Below are positions 39,488 through 48,334 of a stretch of 64,000 nucleotides of DNA, piece by piece. Positions within the stretch are counted from its first letter, which is position 1. Each line of letters starts with the position of its first letter. The position numbers were made by a program, and so were the translations under genes. Source of the stretch: an uncultured bacterium (GTDB taxonomy: Bacteria > Patescibacteriota > Minisyncoccia > UBA6257 > 2-01-FULL-56-20); the NCBI GenBank assembly GCA_963725235.1, contig CAVRXN010000003.1:139204-203203 (forward strand), in the 5' to 3' direction. The notes under the pieces are model-generated. The model searched no databases, was not told where the DNA came from, and saw only the letters and a list, made by a program, of their open reading frames with translations.

Positions 39488-40504
39488 CTACAGACCGTTT
39501 TCCCGAAGATCATGATTCAACATTTTTTTCACAAGCGTTTCGAAATTCGTTTTAGGCTGCCAGCCGAGCTCACGCTTTGCCTTTGAAATGTCGGCGCGAA
39601 GGTCTTCCACCTCCGACGGGCGATAATAACGCGGGTCGATTTCAACGTACGGCTCCCAATTGGGAATCCCAGCCGAACGAAACGCAGTATCAACAAATTC
39701 ACGAACCGTATGAGACTCTCCAGTACCGATAACATAGTCATCGGGCTGCGACTGCTGCAGCATCATCCACATCGCTTCGCAATATTCCGGAGCATATCCC
39801 CAATCACGTCGGGCATCAAGATTACCAAGATATAATTTTTTATCCAATCCGGCAACGATACGGGCAACACCGCGCGTGATCTTGCGTGTTACAAAATTGT
39901 GGCTCCGCCGTTCGGATTCATGATTAAAAAGAATCCCGTTCGCGGCAAAAATATTATAGGCCTCTCGGTAATTCCGCGTAATATCGAATGCAAACACTTT
40001 TGCGACGCCGTAGGGACTGCGAGGATGGAATGGAGTTTTCTCATTCTGTGGCGCGGGAGCCGAACCAAACATCTCAGAACTTGAGGCTTGATAAAATTTT
40101 ATTTTCTTCCCGATATGCTCTTCAAAATCCTTGATTGCCTCCAGTACGCGCAATGTCCCCAAGCCGGTTATATTAGCTGTATATTCAGGAACATCAAATG
40201 AGACCCGCACATGAGATTGCGCACCAAGGTGATAGATCTCATCAGGCTGTAATTTATAGATCAACCTGCGAATCGTATTCGCGTCGGCAAGATCTCCATA
40301 ATGAAGAAACATATTGGCACCCTTAAGATGCGGCTCAATATAAATATGATCCAGGCGGCCGGTATTGAGCAATGAAGCGCGACGAATGATGCCGTGGACT
40401 TCGTACTCTTTTTGCAGCAAAATCTCAGTTAAATAACTGCCATCTTGACCTGTAATGCCCGTGATTAGCGCTCTTTTCTTCTCCATAGTATTCAAACTTA
40501 TCAC
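39488..40504 (-). CDS. gmd: GDP-mannose (or GDP-heptose) 4,6-dehydratase
   Basis: [31 protein letters not shown]...YGVAKVFA...LFNHESERR, the classic Gmd signature. The start may be ATG 40486. Confidence 0.9.
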   Translation of the reverse strand: MISLNTMEKKRALITGITGQDGSYLTEILLQKEYEVHGIIRRASLLNTGRLDHIYIEPHLKGANMFLHYGDLADANTIRRLIYKLQPDEIYHLGAQSHVRVSFDVPEYTANITGLGTLRVLEAIKDFEEHIGKKIKFYQASSSEMFGSAPAPQNEKTPFHPRSPYGVAKVFAFDITRNYREAYNIFAANGILFNHESERRSHNFVTRKITRGVARIVAGLDKKLYLGNLDARRDWGYAPEYCEAMWMMLQQSQPDDYVIGTGESHTVREFVDTAFRSAGIPNWEPYVEIDPRYYRPSEVEDLRADISKAKRELGWQPKTNFETLVKKMLNHDLRENGL

Positions 40505-41403
40505 ATTTTTAACCTCTTATAAACACCCCGCGCCCACCACGCCAAAGGGTAGAAATGATATTTTTTAGTGAATGGTACGTCCATAAACTTCCTATACTTC
40601 ATATTTTTCCATGACGTCAAGTTAGCATAATGAACATATTCCGGTTGAAATGGAAGTGCCGAAAAGAAATACCACGGCTTGATCCCGCCAGCAAAATGCA
40701 CCACGAGCGGATCATCTTCTCGCGTAGAATTATGAGGGACCGGAATGAAATTGTATCGTGCGCTCAGCTGCTTCCAATCATTCAACAACACCATATTTAA
40801 AGGATCCTGATCGGCAACCCAAAGTTTGTCGGGGTGCTGCCGAATAAATTGGAATAACTTCTCACCGATATTACGTTTTCGCCATCGGTCTAAATCAATT
40901 AACAGCATCCCGGAATTAAAATATTTTAATTTCTGGGGTTTGCCAAATTCAGGAATGTCTTCGGACAATTGCTTGACGTGCTCTTTCCACCAGTCCTGCG
41001 GACAATCATGGACAGCACCAACCGTGTTTCCTGCCAAACCAACGTCAAAAAGTTCCTTAATGTCTCCGCGTATGATGACGTCGCAATCAAGATAAATAGC
41101 TCGATGGCAGATTGCCGGTAATAATGCCCCAATGCTGACGCGATAATACGCCGGCAAGGAATGCGGCAAATTCATGCTTTCGAAAAGGGCTCTATCCGGC
41201 AAAAGGTATGTTAGTTCAAACTGATATCTTGTTTTGAGTTCTGCCAGTCGCTGCCTATTCTTTTCCGAGATACCGCCATCCATGATAAAAATACTGACGG
41301 GATAATCGCCGCGCCTGTTTTCAAAAAGTGAGCATAATGCGACGCCTAGAAGCATGGCGTGATTATCATTCGACGAAAAAACAACGGATATCATGACCCT
41401 CAT
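40501..41403 (-). CDS. GT8 family glycosyltransferase
   Basis: [16 protein letters not shown] (DxD) and [15 protein letters not shown], typical of LPS glycosyltransferase family 8. Confidence 0.85.
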   Translation of the reverse strand: MRVMISVVFSSNDNHAMLLGVALCSLFENRRGDYPVSIFIMDGGISEKNRQRLAELKTRYQFELTYLLPDRALFESMNLPHSLPAYYRVSIGALLPAICHRAIYLDCDVIIRGDIKELFDVGLAGNTVGAVHDCPQDWWKEHVKQLSEDIPEFGKPQKLKYFNSGMLLIDLDRWRKRNIGEKLFQFIRQHPDKLWVADQDPLNMVLLNDWKQLSARYNFIPVPHNSTREDDPLVVHFAGGIKPWYFFSALPFQPEYVHYANLTSWKNMKYRKFMDVPFTKKYHFYPLAWWARGVYKRLKM

Positions 41404-41436
41404 TATTCCACAATACTCAAAGAATTTCCATTATGC

Positions 41437-41442
41437 TATGAT
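41437..41442 (+). promoter_or_regulatory. -10 box TATGAT 6 nt upstream of ATG (leaderless)
   Basis: TATGAT-aggcga-ATG(41449). Confidence 0.4.
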
Positions 41443-42035
41443 AGGCGAATGGAAAACAGATACTGGTCAGCGAAAGCAGACCTGCGTTATCTTTCTTGGT
41501 ATGCTAAAAACTTTTTTTCTTTTAAGGGGCGAGGGGCCATTTTTATAGCATGCTGGGTGAGCGGCTTAGTCCCGCGGGTTCTGTTCGGCCCTCGTGGTAA
41601 AAATGCGATAAAAAAATTATATAGGCAGGCAGTCGCAAAAAAGAGACGTGCGATGCCTGTCTTGATAAATGGAAAAACACATACAATAATCCTCCGGGAT
41701 CTTGATGATTTCGATCTCTTTCATGAGATATGCATCCGCGATTTTTATGGAACAGCTGACCTGCTGAAAACAGGCATGACAGTGGTCGATGTCGGTGCAA
41801 ATATAGGGACATTCTCGATCCTTTCAGGGATCGAAGTGGGTAACGGTGGGAGGGTGATCGCATTCGAATTGGAAGCTGATAACTTTTCGATGCTGGAAAA
41901 AAATGTAGCCGCAAATGGGCTCCGAAACACTATACTAAAACAAGTGGCCATAGGCGATTACGATGGCGCTGGGAAGATGTATATAAGCCCCAGCCATGAA
42001 GGACATTCACTGCTCAGAAACAACTCTCATCAAGG

Positions 42036-43039
42036 CTGTGAATTACGAAATTCCCTTTTTCATATGAATACGGAGAACGCAAAGGAACCGCAGTGGTCTG
42101 CGGATTTCAAGTTTTTTGAACAGGACCCATCAAACACACAAAAGAAAGTTACTTGCTGAGCACAAAGGAACAGACAGCGTTCGCGTAGTTCGCGAGGTAG
42201 CCGTCAACGGAACGCGGCAGCGACGTCACGAGGCCGTAGAACAGTTTCATGGAGCGGAAGTCGAATTCGATCTGGAACCTCGACCGGTAGAGCTTCAACT
42301 GCCAGGGCAGGGCGAGCTTCTTCATGCTCCTGAGCGGGCGGATCATGACCCACCGCTTGCCATCGATGTTCATATCCTTCTCCAGTTGCTTCGAGACATA
42401 GCCCGCATCGGCAACGATGACACCGTTAATATCTTTGTTCACGGAACGGAAAAGGTCGCGGTCATTCTTCGTCGCATCCGAGAACCGGATGCCGAGGATG
42501 TTTCCGTCCGCATCCCGCGTCATCGTCATTTTGAGCCCGTAATACCAGCCTTTCGAGCTCCTGCCGAGGGATGCGAACGCTTTCATCACCCGGTGGGAAT
42601 CGGCATTCTTCTTGAGGCAGACCGGAAGGTCGGTCGCATCCGTGTACTTCACGAGATGCCCATGGGCCTTTCCCCATTGCATGATGATCGCGAGGATCTT
42701 CATCGCGAAAACGCCGGCACGGTTCATGGCAACGACAAGCGTCTTGTATGAGCAGGCGAGCCCATCCTTGAAATCCTCGTATACGGACTTCTTCGTAGCC
42801 CGTGTGCTCGCATGCTGGTAGAGGGCTAATGCCACCGCATCCAGATTTTCAATTTTCAGAGGTCGACCTTGGGGATTCTTTTTGTGTGTCAGATTGAGCT
42901 TGAATGATGTTACAATATCAGTGATCCTGTTCTTGAGATTTCTCAAGATGGGTGAATTCATTTTGTCGTGAGAGGCGCCTTCGGGCGCCTTTTGCATTAT
43001 GCCGTATTCATATGAAAAAGGGAATTTCGTAATTCACAG
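42036..43039 (-). mobile_element. IS982-family insertion sequence (1004 bp)
   Basis: Perfect 38-bp terminal inverted repeats CTGTGAATTACGAAATTCCCTTTTTCATATGAATACGG (42036-42073, reverse complement at 43002-43039). Flanked by the 8-bp direct repeat CATCAAGG (42028-42035 and 43040-43047). Confidence 0.85.
42149..42997 (-). CDS. IS982-family DDE transposase
   Basis: DATDLPVCLKKNADSHRV...GRSSKGWYYGLKMTM...VIVADAGYVSKQL...SLPRSVDGYLANY matches my recollection of IS982 transposases. A GGCGCC-TTCG-GGCGCC hairpin (42972-42989) lies between two candidate starts (42997, 42961). Confidence 0.8.
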   Translation of the reverse strand: MQKAPEGASHDKMNSPILRNLKNRITDIVTSFKLNLTHKKNPQGRPLKIENLDAVALALYQHASTRATKKSVYEDFKDGLACSYKTLVVAMNRAGVFAMKILAIIMQWGKAHGHLVKYTDATDLPVCLKKNADSHRVMKAFASLGRSSKGWYYGLKMTMTRDADGNILGIRFSDATKNDRDLFRSVNKDINGVIVADAGYVSKQLEKDMNIDGKRWVMIRPLRSMKKLALPWQLKLYRSRFQIEFDFRSMKLFYGLVTSLPRSVDGYLANYANAVCSFVLSK

Positions 43040-43317
43040 CATCAAGGAGAAAGCGATACGACCGTCACAACCATAGATAGCGCCTTAAAAGATCTTAAAG
43101 TCGATACGGTTGACGTGTTAAAAATTGATGTCGAAGGAACCGAAATAGCAGCGCTCGAGGGAGCAGTGGAAACGATTAAAAGGAATCCATCGATATGCAT
43201 TATGGTTGATGCAATTCATTATCCAAATGAAGATCGTGACGTTGTAGAATATTTGAAAAGGTTGGGATTCACAACAAATCGCATCGAAGATTTTATTTTT
43301 GCGAAACGACCGATTAT

Positions 43318-44274
43318 CTAAACCCTCACCCACGTCGAGGGCACGACACCGCGCTCGGGTGAACCATCGGCATACCAACGCTTCGGCGCGACGACGATCT
43401 TTTGGACGCCCGGCTTGGACGCTCCGCTTGGATCCGTCATCCCTCCCAGCCACGCCGCCCACCAGGCGAAGCTGCTGTTCGGAATGATAAAATGGCGACA
43501 GGCCGCAAGCAGCTGTAAATATTCACCGAACTTCTTTCCGGCATATTCATGGCCGACATAGGTGACTGCGAGATCAGGAAACTCGGGAAATTTTAAATTC
43601 TCGCGACACCAATCAATTTCATCCGAGAAAACGTAGACGTGTGGAGTTTGGGGATTGCCAAGACCCGCCAAAACGATTTTCATCCCCTGCTGATAATATT
43701 CGAGGCCGACAAATCCGTGTTGCTTGATAGATCGCGCCACCGTCACAAAATCGCCGCGCCGGACATTCACCCCGATCGACCCACCAGCGCGAATCTGCGC
43801 CTCAAGTTCGCGAGCCCGCGCCGACAATGGCTCTCGCAAAACAAACTCCCGCCGAATCATCGCCGCAATCGCCTCAAAATATCTTTCACTTTGCCAAGCA
43901 CCGTCCAAATAAAAATTTCCATGCTTCGGCAATGATTCGATATTAAAATCCGCCGCCTCCCGAACAAAACGCTGCACGCCAAAAATGGATTTCACAAAAG
44001 TGACGATTACGCTCAAACCCGCCCACAGCACCGGCACCGGGAATCGCAGCGCCACGCGCGAAAACAACGTCAGCCGTGCATCAATATTAAAAATATCTAA
44101 ATCGTAACCACGAAAAACAAATCCGTGAAAAAGAAAGTTGGGGCGCGGCGTACGGTCAAGCAACGGCGCGGCGTCCAGAACAACTTCATCCCCATTTCGC
44201 TCCGCCAACGCCCGCGCGAACGCGTACTGGAACATCTGATTGCCCATCCCGCCCTTGAGCCGAACCGTAATCAC
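43318..44274 (-). CDS. GT11 family alpha-1,2-fucosyltransferase-like glycosyltransferase
   Basis: MITVRLKGGMGNQMFQYAFARALA N-terminus and HVRRGD-like VNVRRGDF, typical of GT11. Confidence 0.85.
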   Translation of the reverse strand: MITVRLKGGMGNQMFQYAFARALAERNGDEVVLDAAPLLDRTPRPNFLFHGFVFRGYDLDIFNIDARLTLFSRVALRFPVPVLWAGLSVIVTFVKSIFGVQRFVREAADFNIESLPKHGNFYLDGAWQSERYFEAIAAMIRREFVLREPLSARARELEAQIRAGGSIGVNVRRGDFVTVARSIKQHGFVGLEYYQQGMKIVLAGLGNPQTPHVYVFSDEIDWCRENLKFPEFPDLAVTYVGHEYAGKKFGEYLQLLAACRHFIIPNSSFAWWAAWLGGMTDPSGASKPGVQKIVVAPKRWYADGSPERGVVPSTWVRV

Positions 44275-44277
44275 GGA

Positions 44278-44922
44278 TTACTTTTTCACCGAACTCGTCG
44301 CCGCGGCGGCTGACGCCACAAACTGCGCAAGCGCCTGCTGTACATTCTTGTCGCTCGGCCAGTTGGCCAAGATCTTTTCGCCAATCGCCGTCGTGCTCGC
44401 AACATTTCCCTCCGCACGATAAACATCAAACAGCCCATAAAGCGGCTGTGGCCGGTTCGGGCCATCCATCACGCCTTCCTCGTAATACTGCTGCGCCGTC
44501 GACAGGAAATTCGCCTGGCCCGTCTGCGCGAACGCGATCTCGTTCACCGCACCCACCAGATACAAATCCTGCCCAAAGCTCATGCCCTTCCCCTGTGCGA
44601 GAATCGGATCATAGTAGCTCATCATGAAACTAACCAATTCGTCCGTCGAAGTCGCATTCGGACTTTGTTGAACAAAATTCAGGACGCTGTTCGCGGTGTT
44701 GCGAACCAGCTCTTCCTGGCCGATCGGCGACGGCGTGTTCAGCGGTACCGACAAACGTGTCTCGAGATCCTGCAATGACGTCGGCGGCGTTGTCTGCAAG
44801 CTTTGCAGCGTCGCAATAAACCCCTGTGCTTTGCGCAACGGCAAGTACGAGCCATAATATGCGATACAAAGAATCGCTACCGAAATCGCTATAGCGATGA
44901 TTTTTTTAGACGTTGGATTCAT
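44278..44922 (-). CDS. hypothetical membrane-anchored protein
   Basis: 214 aa with a single N-terminal TM (IIAIAISVAILCIAYYG). Overlaps the upstream gene by 17 nt. Confidence 0.5.
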   Translation of the reverse strand: MNPTSKKIIAIAISVAILCIAYYGSYLPLRKAQGFIATLQSLQTTPPTSLQDLETRLSVPLNTPSPIGQEELVRNTANSVLNFVQQSPNATSTDELVSFMMSYYDPILAQGKGMSFGQDLYLVGAVNEIAFAQTGQANFLSTAQQYYEEGVMDGPNRPQPLYGLFDVYRAEGNVASTTAIGEKILANWPSDKNVQQALAQFVASAAAATSSVKK

Positions 44923-46390
44923 GTTTCGTAGTATGGCTAAAGTGATACGACGCGAATGCGAGGAATAGGAATAGCGGTATATACATCGGCAGGACGTCGA
45001 AAATCGCTACGCCCTGGACAAGATACGCGACTGGCATGGCAAGCATCAACGCGTTCTGCAATACATGCGCCGTCTGATGTTCGCCCGCCGGAGCGATATC
45101 CTGCTTCTTCCGACGGAAAAAGTCGCGTGCAAAGATCACGAATATTGAGAGGTAGGCCAACAGACCGACAATACCGGTTTCCGCGAGGTAATCGAAGAAT
45201 ACGCTGTGTGCCCGGTCGAACCACGTTTCGGTATTTTGCCCCGGGACATAGAAGTTCGGGTTGAAATATTTATCGAAGACCGCCGTGAAGTTCTCTTGGC
45301 CCCAACCGAAAATCGGGCGATCAAGGAAACCATGCCATGCTTCATCCCACACCCAAAACCGCGTCTGCGCAGTCGCGTCGGACAAACTGATCTGCGCCAA
45401 CCGGCCGCCAGGAATGTTATTCAAAAATGGTTCGTTGCGGATGGCGAAAACGCCAGCAGCAAGAATAATAAGAATGGCAACGATAACAAGCGACCACTTA
45501 CGGACCTTGCGCGAACCGACAAAGGCGAGATAAACAACCCCGACGAACAAGCCCGCCGCCAACCCAAGGAACGCGCCGCGTGTCTGGCCAAGATAAAAGA
45601 AGAACAGGAACGCGAAGATCAGAATGCCATAACCCCATGCCTTCGCCGTCGTCATCTTGCCAACGATCTTCGACGAGAGCCAAAGATATGCCGCGAAGAA
45701 CATCGAGAATATCAAATACGGGTCAACATAAGCCGGATTGCCGAGCGATCCCTCAAAGCGACCGTCAACGAGCTGATGGAACCATCCGGTCGGCGCCGTG
45801 CCACCCGCATACGCGCTGATCCACGTCGAAACGACGCCGAGGTTCGCGCCAACACCGTAGAGAATCATGCCGCATGCGGCAATGAGCGAGAATTTGAAAA
45901 TATTTTTCCAATCCTCTTCGTGCTGGAAAAACAACACCAGCAAAATAAAGAACAAATAATAATGCAGCATTTCAAAACCACCCTCGCCACGCTCGAAATT
46001 TGACCAAAACGCCGCATGCGCGTCGAATGCGAAGATAGAGGCAAGTTCGGCGGCGACAACGAACGCTGTTGCGGCAATGACGAGCGGCCGCTTGAATGCC
46101 GCGTTAATTATCTGCTTCGCTTCGCCCACTTTCGCTTCAAACGCCCACCATAACAGCGCCGCAATCAGCCCGAGCTCCGTCGCGAACCGGAAGAAATAAT
46201 CCTTGCCGCCGATAAACGGGAATAAAATCGAATTAATTACGACAACAACCGCAAAAACTGCGGCATACATATACCATTTCGTTATCCGCCTGAAAGAAAC
46301 GCCGCAAAAACGGGCAATGATACCGAGTGCCGGGAGGCCGAGGATGACGAACAACGTGCCTCCATAGTTAAAGATTGAATCGGGCGCCAT
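44906..46390 (-). CDS. O-antigen ligase / Wzy-like polymerase family membrane protein
   Basis: 494 aa with more than 10 TM segments. Wzy_C-like loop LGQTRGAFLGLAAGLFVG. Confidence 0.7.
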   Translation of the reverse strand: MAPDSIFNYGGTLFVILGLPALGIIARFCGVSFRRITKWYMYAAVFAVVVVINSILFPFIGGKDYFFRFATELGLIAALLWWAFEAKVGEAKQIINAAFKRPLVIAATAFVVAAELASIFAFDAHAAFWSNFERGEGGFEMLHYYLFFILLVLFFQHEEDWKNIFKFSLIAACGMILYGVGANLGVVSTWISAYAGGTAPTGWFHQLVDGRFEGSLGNPAYVDPYLIFSMFFAAYLWLSSKIVGKMTTAKAWGYGILIFAFLFFFYLGQTRGAFLGLAAGLFVGVVYLAFVGSRKVRKWSLVIVAILIILAAGVFAIRNEPFLNNIPGGRLAQISLSDATAQTRFWVWDEAWHGFLDRPIFGWGQENFTAVFDKYFNPNFYVPGQNTETWFDRAHSVFFDYLAETGIVGLLAYLSIFVIFARDFFRRKKQDIAPAGEHQTAHVLQNALMLAMPVAYLVQGVAIFDVLPMYIPLFLFLAFASYHFSHTTKHESNV

Positions 46391-46443
46391 AACAAATGTA
46401 TGAGGTTAAGTGTAAGATGATCTCTTAAAATATGCAAATGCAC

Positions 46444-46529
46444 AGGCCAGACGTGAGCAGGGCAGCAAAAAAACCGAGTCGGTTCTGACCGCTTCTCGGT
46501 TTTTTTGCTGCCCTGCTCACCCCTGGCCT
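46444..46529. repeat. nested palindromic hairpin element, member 2
   Basis: AGGCCAG-ac-GTGAGCAGGGCAGC-AAAAAAACCGAG-TCGG-TTCTGA-CCGC-TTCTCGGTTTTTTT-GCTGCCCTGCTCAC-cc-CTGGCCT. The right end overlaps the rny stop codon. Confidence 0.75.
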
Positions 46530-48071
46530 ATCTTGCGTATTCAACTGCCCGAATTTCCCGGATGACATTCACTTTAATTTCGCCGGGATACTTCAGTTCC
46601 GATTGTATCTTGTTCGCTATCTCGCGCGCAAGTTCAAGCGCGCGGAAGTCGTCGATCTTTTCCGGAACGACGAAGACGCGGAGTTCACGGCCTGCTGCAA
46701 TCGCATACGCGTTTTTGACGCCAGGGAATTCATCAGCGAGCTTCTCGAGATCGCCCAGGCGTTTAATATAATTTTCGAGCGTACCGCGCCGCGCACCCGG
46801 CCGCGCCGCTGACAAAACGTCCGCCGCAGTAACGATATATGCTTCCGGTCGCGCATACGGATAATCCTCATGATGCGACTGCATCGCTTCGACAACCGCT
46901 TCATCGACGCCATATTTCCGTAGAATCTTTATGCCAAGCTCAACATGCGTCCCTTCGACCTCGTGGTCGATCGCTTTGCCGATATCGTGCAACAACGCGC
47001 CCCGCTTCGCAACGTCGGCGTTCAAACCAAGCTCGCGCGCCATCATCTCGGCGATATAGGCCATCTCGGTCGAGTGGATCAAAACGTTCTGCCCAAAGCT
47101 CGTGCGGAAATGCAGCCGACCAAGCAGTTGCAGCAATTCTTTCGGCAAACCATAAACACCAAGATCCTCGCCGCCGCTTCGCCAATTTCCTGCGTCCGCT
47201 TCGCGAGCTCCGTCTTCGCCTCTTCAACTTTCTCCTCAATCTTCGCCGGCTGGATGCGGCCATCTTTCACCAATTTCTCAAGCGCCATGCGCGCCATCTC
47301 GCGGCGGAACGGATCGAAGGACGAAATAATAATCGCTTCCGGCGCTTCGTCGATGATAAATTCGACGCCAGTCGCGCGTTCGAGCGCGCGGATATTGCGG
47401 CCTTCGCGGCCGATAATTTTGCCTTTCAGATCCTCGTCCGCGAGCGGGAACATCGTCGTCGTAATTTCTGCGACATGCGAACGCGCGTAGCGCTGCAGCG
47501 CGATCGTAATAATTTCCGCCGACTTTCTTTTCGATCTCATCGCGATTCTCGCGGTCAATCTTTCTGGATGCGCTGAGCCAGATCATGCGAACGATCTTCT
47601 TGCGCCTGCCTCATAATCTCCTCGCGCGCCTGCGACAACTGACAAGCCAGCGATTTTTTCCAATCGCCCCGAAACCTCGCCTTCGCGTTCGGCCAGCTCC
47701 GCCTCCTTCGCCTTCATCTTTTCCTCCTTCGCTCGCTAGCTTCGTTTCCTCCGGCTTCGACATCCGCCGACTTTCTTATCGAGCGTTTCTTCTTTTTTCA
47801 ATAAATGCGCTTCAAGCGCATCAATCTCTTTCCGCCGCTTCTTCTCATCATTTTGAGAATCAACCAAAAGCGAGGCTGCTTTTTCTTTCGCCTCGACGAC
47901 AATTTCCTTGGCTTTCGCCTCCGCGTCAGCCAGATTCTTTTTAATTTTTTCTTCTATCTTCTGTTCTTCGCCCGCAAACTGCTTAGCCGCCCAGTACCGA
48001 CGAACCAGATACCCCACGGCGATGCCGACTATAAGAGCGGCAGCCGCAACCAGCGCTGTTGATGCTTGCAT
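46528..48071 (-). pseudogene. rny: ribonuclease Y, frame broken at four or more sites
   Basis: N-terminal TM helix plus coiled coil (47736-48071). KH domain KGKIIGREGRNIRALERATGV (47079-47558). HD domain LLHDIGKAIDHEVEGTH and C-terminus (46528-47148). The pieces lie in different frames. Confidence 0.85.
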
Positions 48072-48238
48072 GATAATTAGTTAATGAAATGCACATAAAT
48101 TTAATGACTTTTAATGTCATTATGATACTCCGGATTCATCCTTTGGTCAATCCTTTCCCTCCTGCCTTGCAAAAAAGCGAAGATTCTTCAAACAAAGCTG
48201 TATTTTTTGGCCATGTTTGTTTTCTGCCAATGACTCGT

Positions 48239-48312
48239 CGCCCTGCCCTGCAGCGCAAAAGAGCAAATCGGTTCTTACCGCTCTTTGCTCTTTTGCGCTG
48301 CAGGGCAGGGCG
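48239..48312. repeat. nested palindromic hairpin element, member 3
   Basis: CGCCCTGCCCTGCAGCGC-AAAAGAGCAAA-TCGG-TTCTTA-CCGC-TCTTTGCTCTTTT-GCGCTGCAGGGCAGGGCG. Lies in the divergent rny/gpmI intergenic region. Confidence 0.75.
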
Positions 48313-48319
48313 AGATTCA

Positions 48320-48328
48320 TGTTAAAAT
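48320..48328 (+). promoter_or_regulatory. extended -10 (TGtTAAAAT) 6 nt upstream of the gpmI ATG (leaderless)
   Basis: TCATGTTAAAAT-aaccac-ATG(48335). Confidence 0.45.
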
Positions 48329-48334
48329 AACCAC

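Larger units (their letters stand above)
41449..43321 (+). pseudogene. FkbM family methyltransferase interrupted by an IS element
   Basis: N-terminal part VVDVGANIGTFSIL...IAFELEADNF runs to ...NNSHQG at 42035. After the IS and an 8-bp duplication the same frame continues ESDTTVTTIDSALKDL...LKIDVEGTEIAAL... to TAA 43321. Confidence 0.85.

Noticed and set aside
42116-42751. 211-aa plus-strand ORF inside the IS element
   Set aside because: Antisense to the IS982-type transposase, with no motif. Its 5' end is created by the insertion junction.
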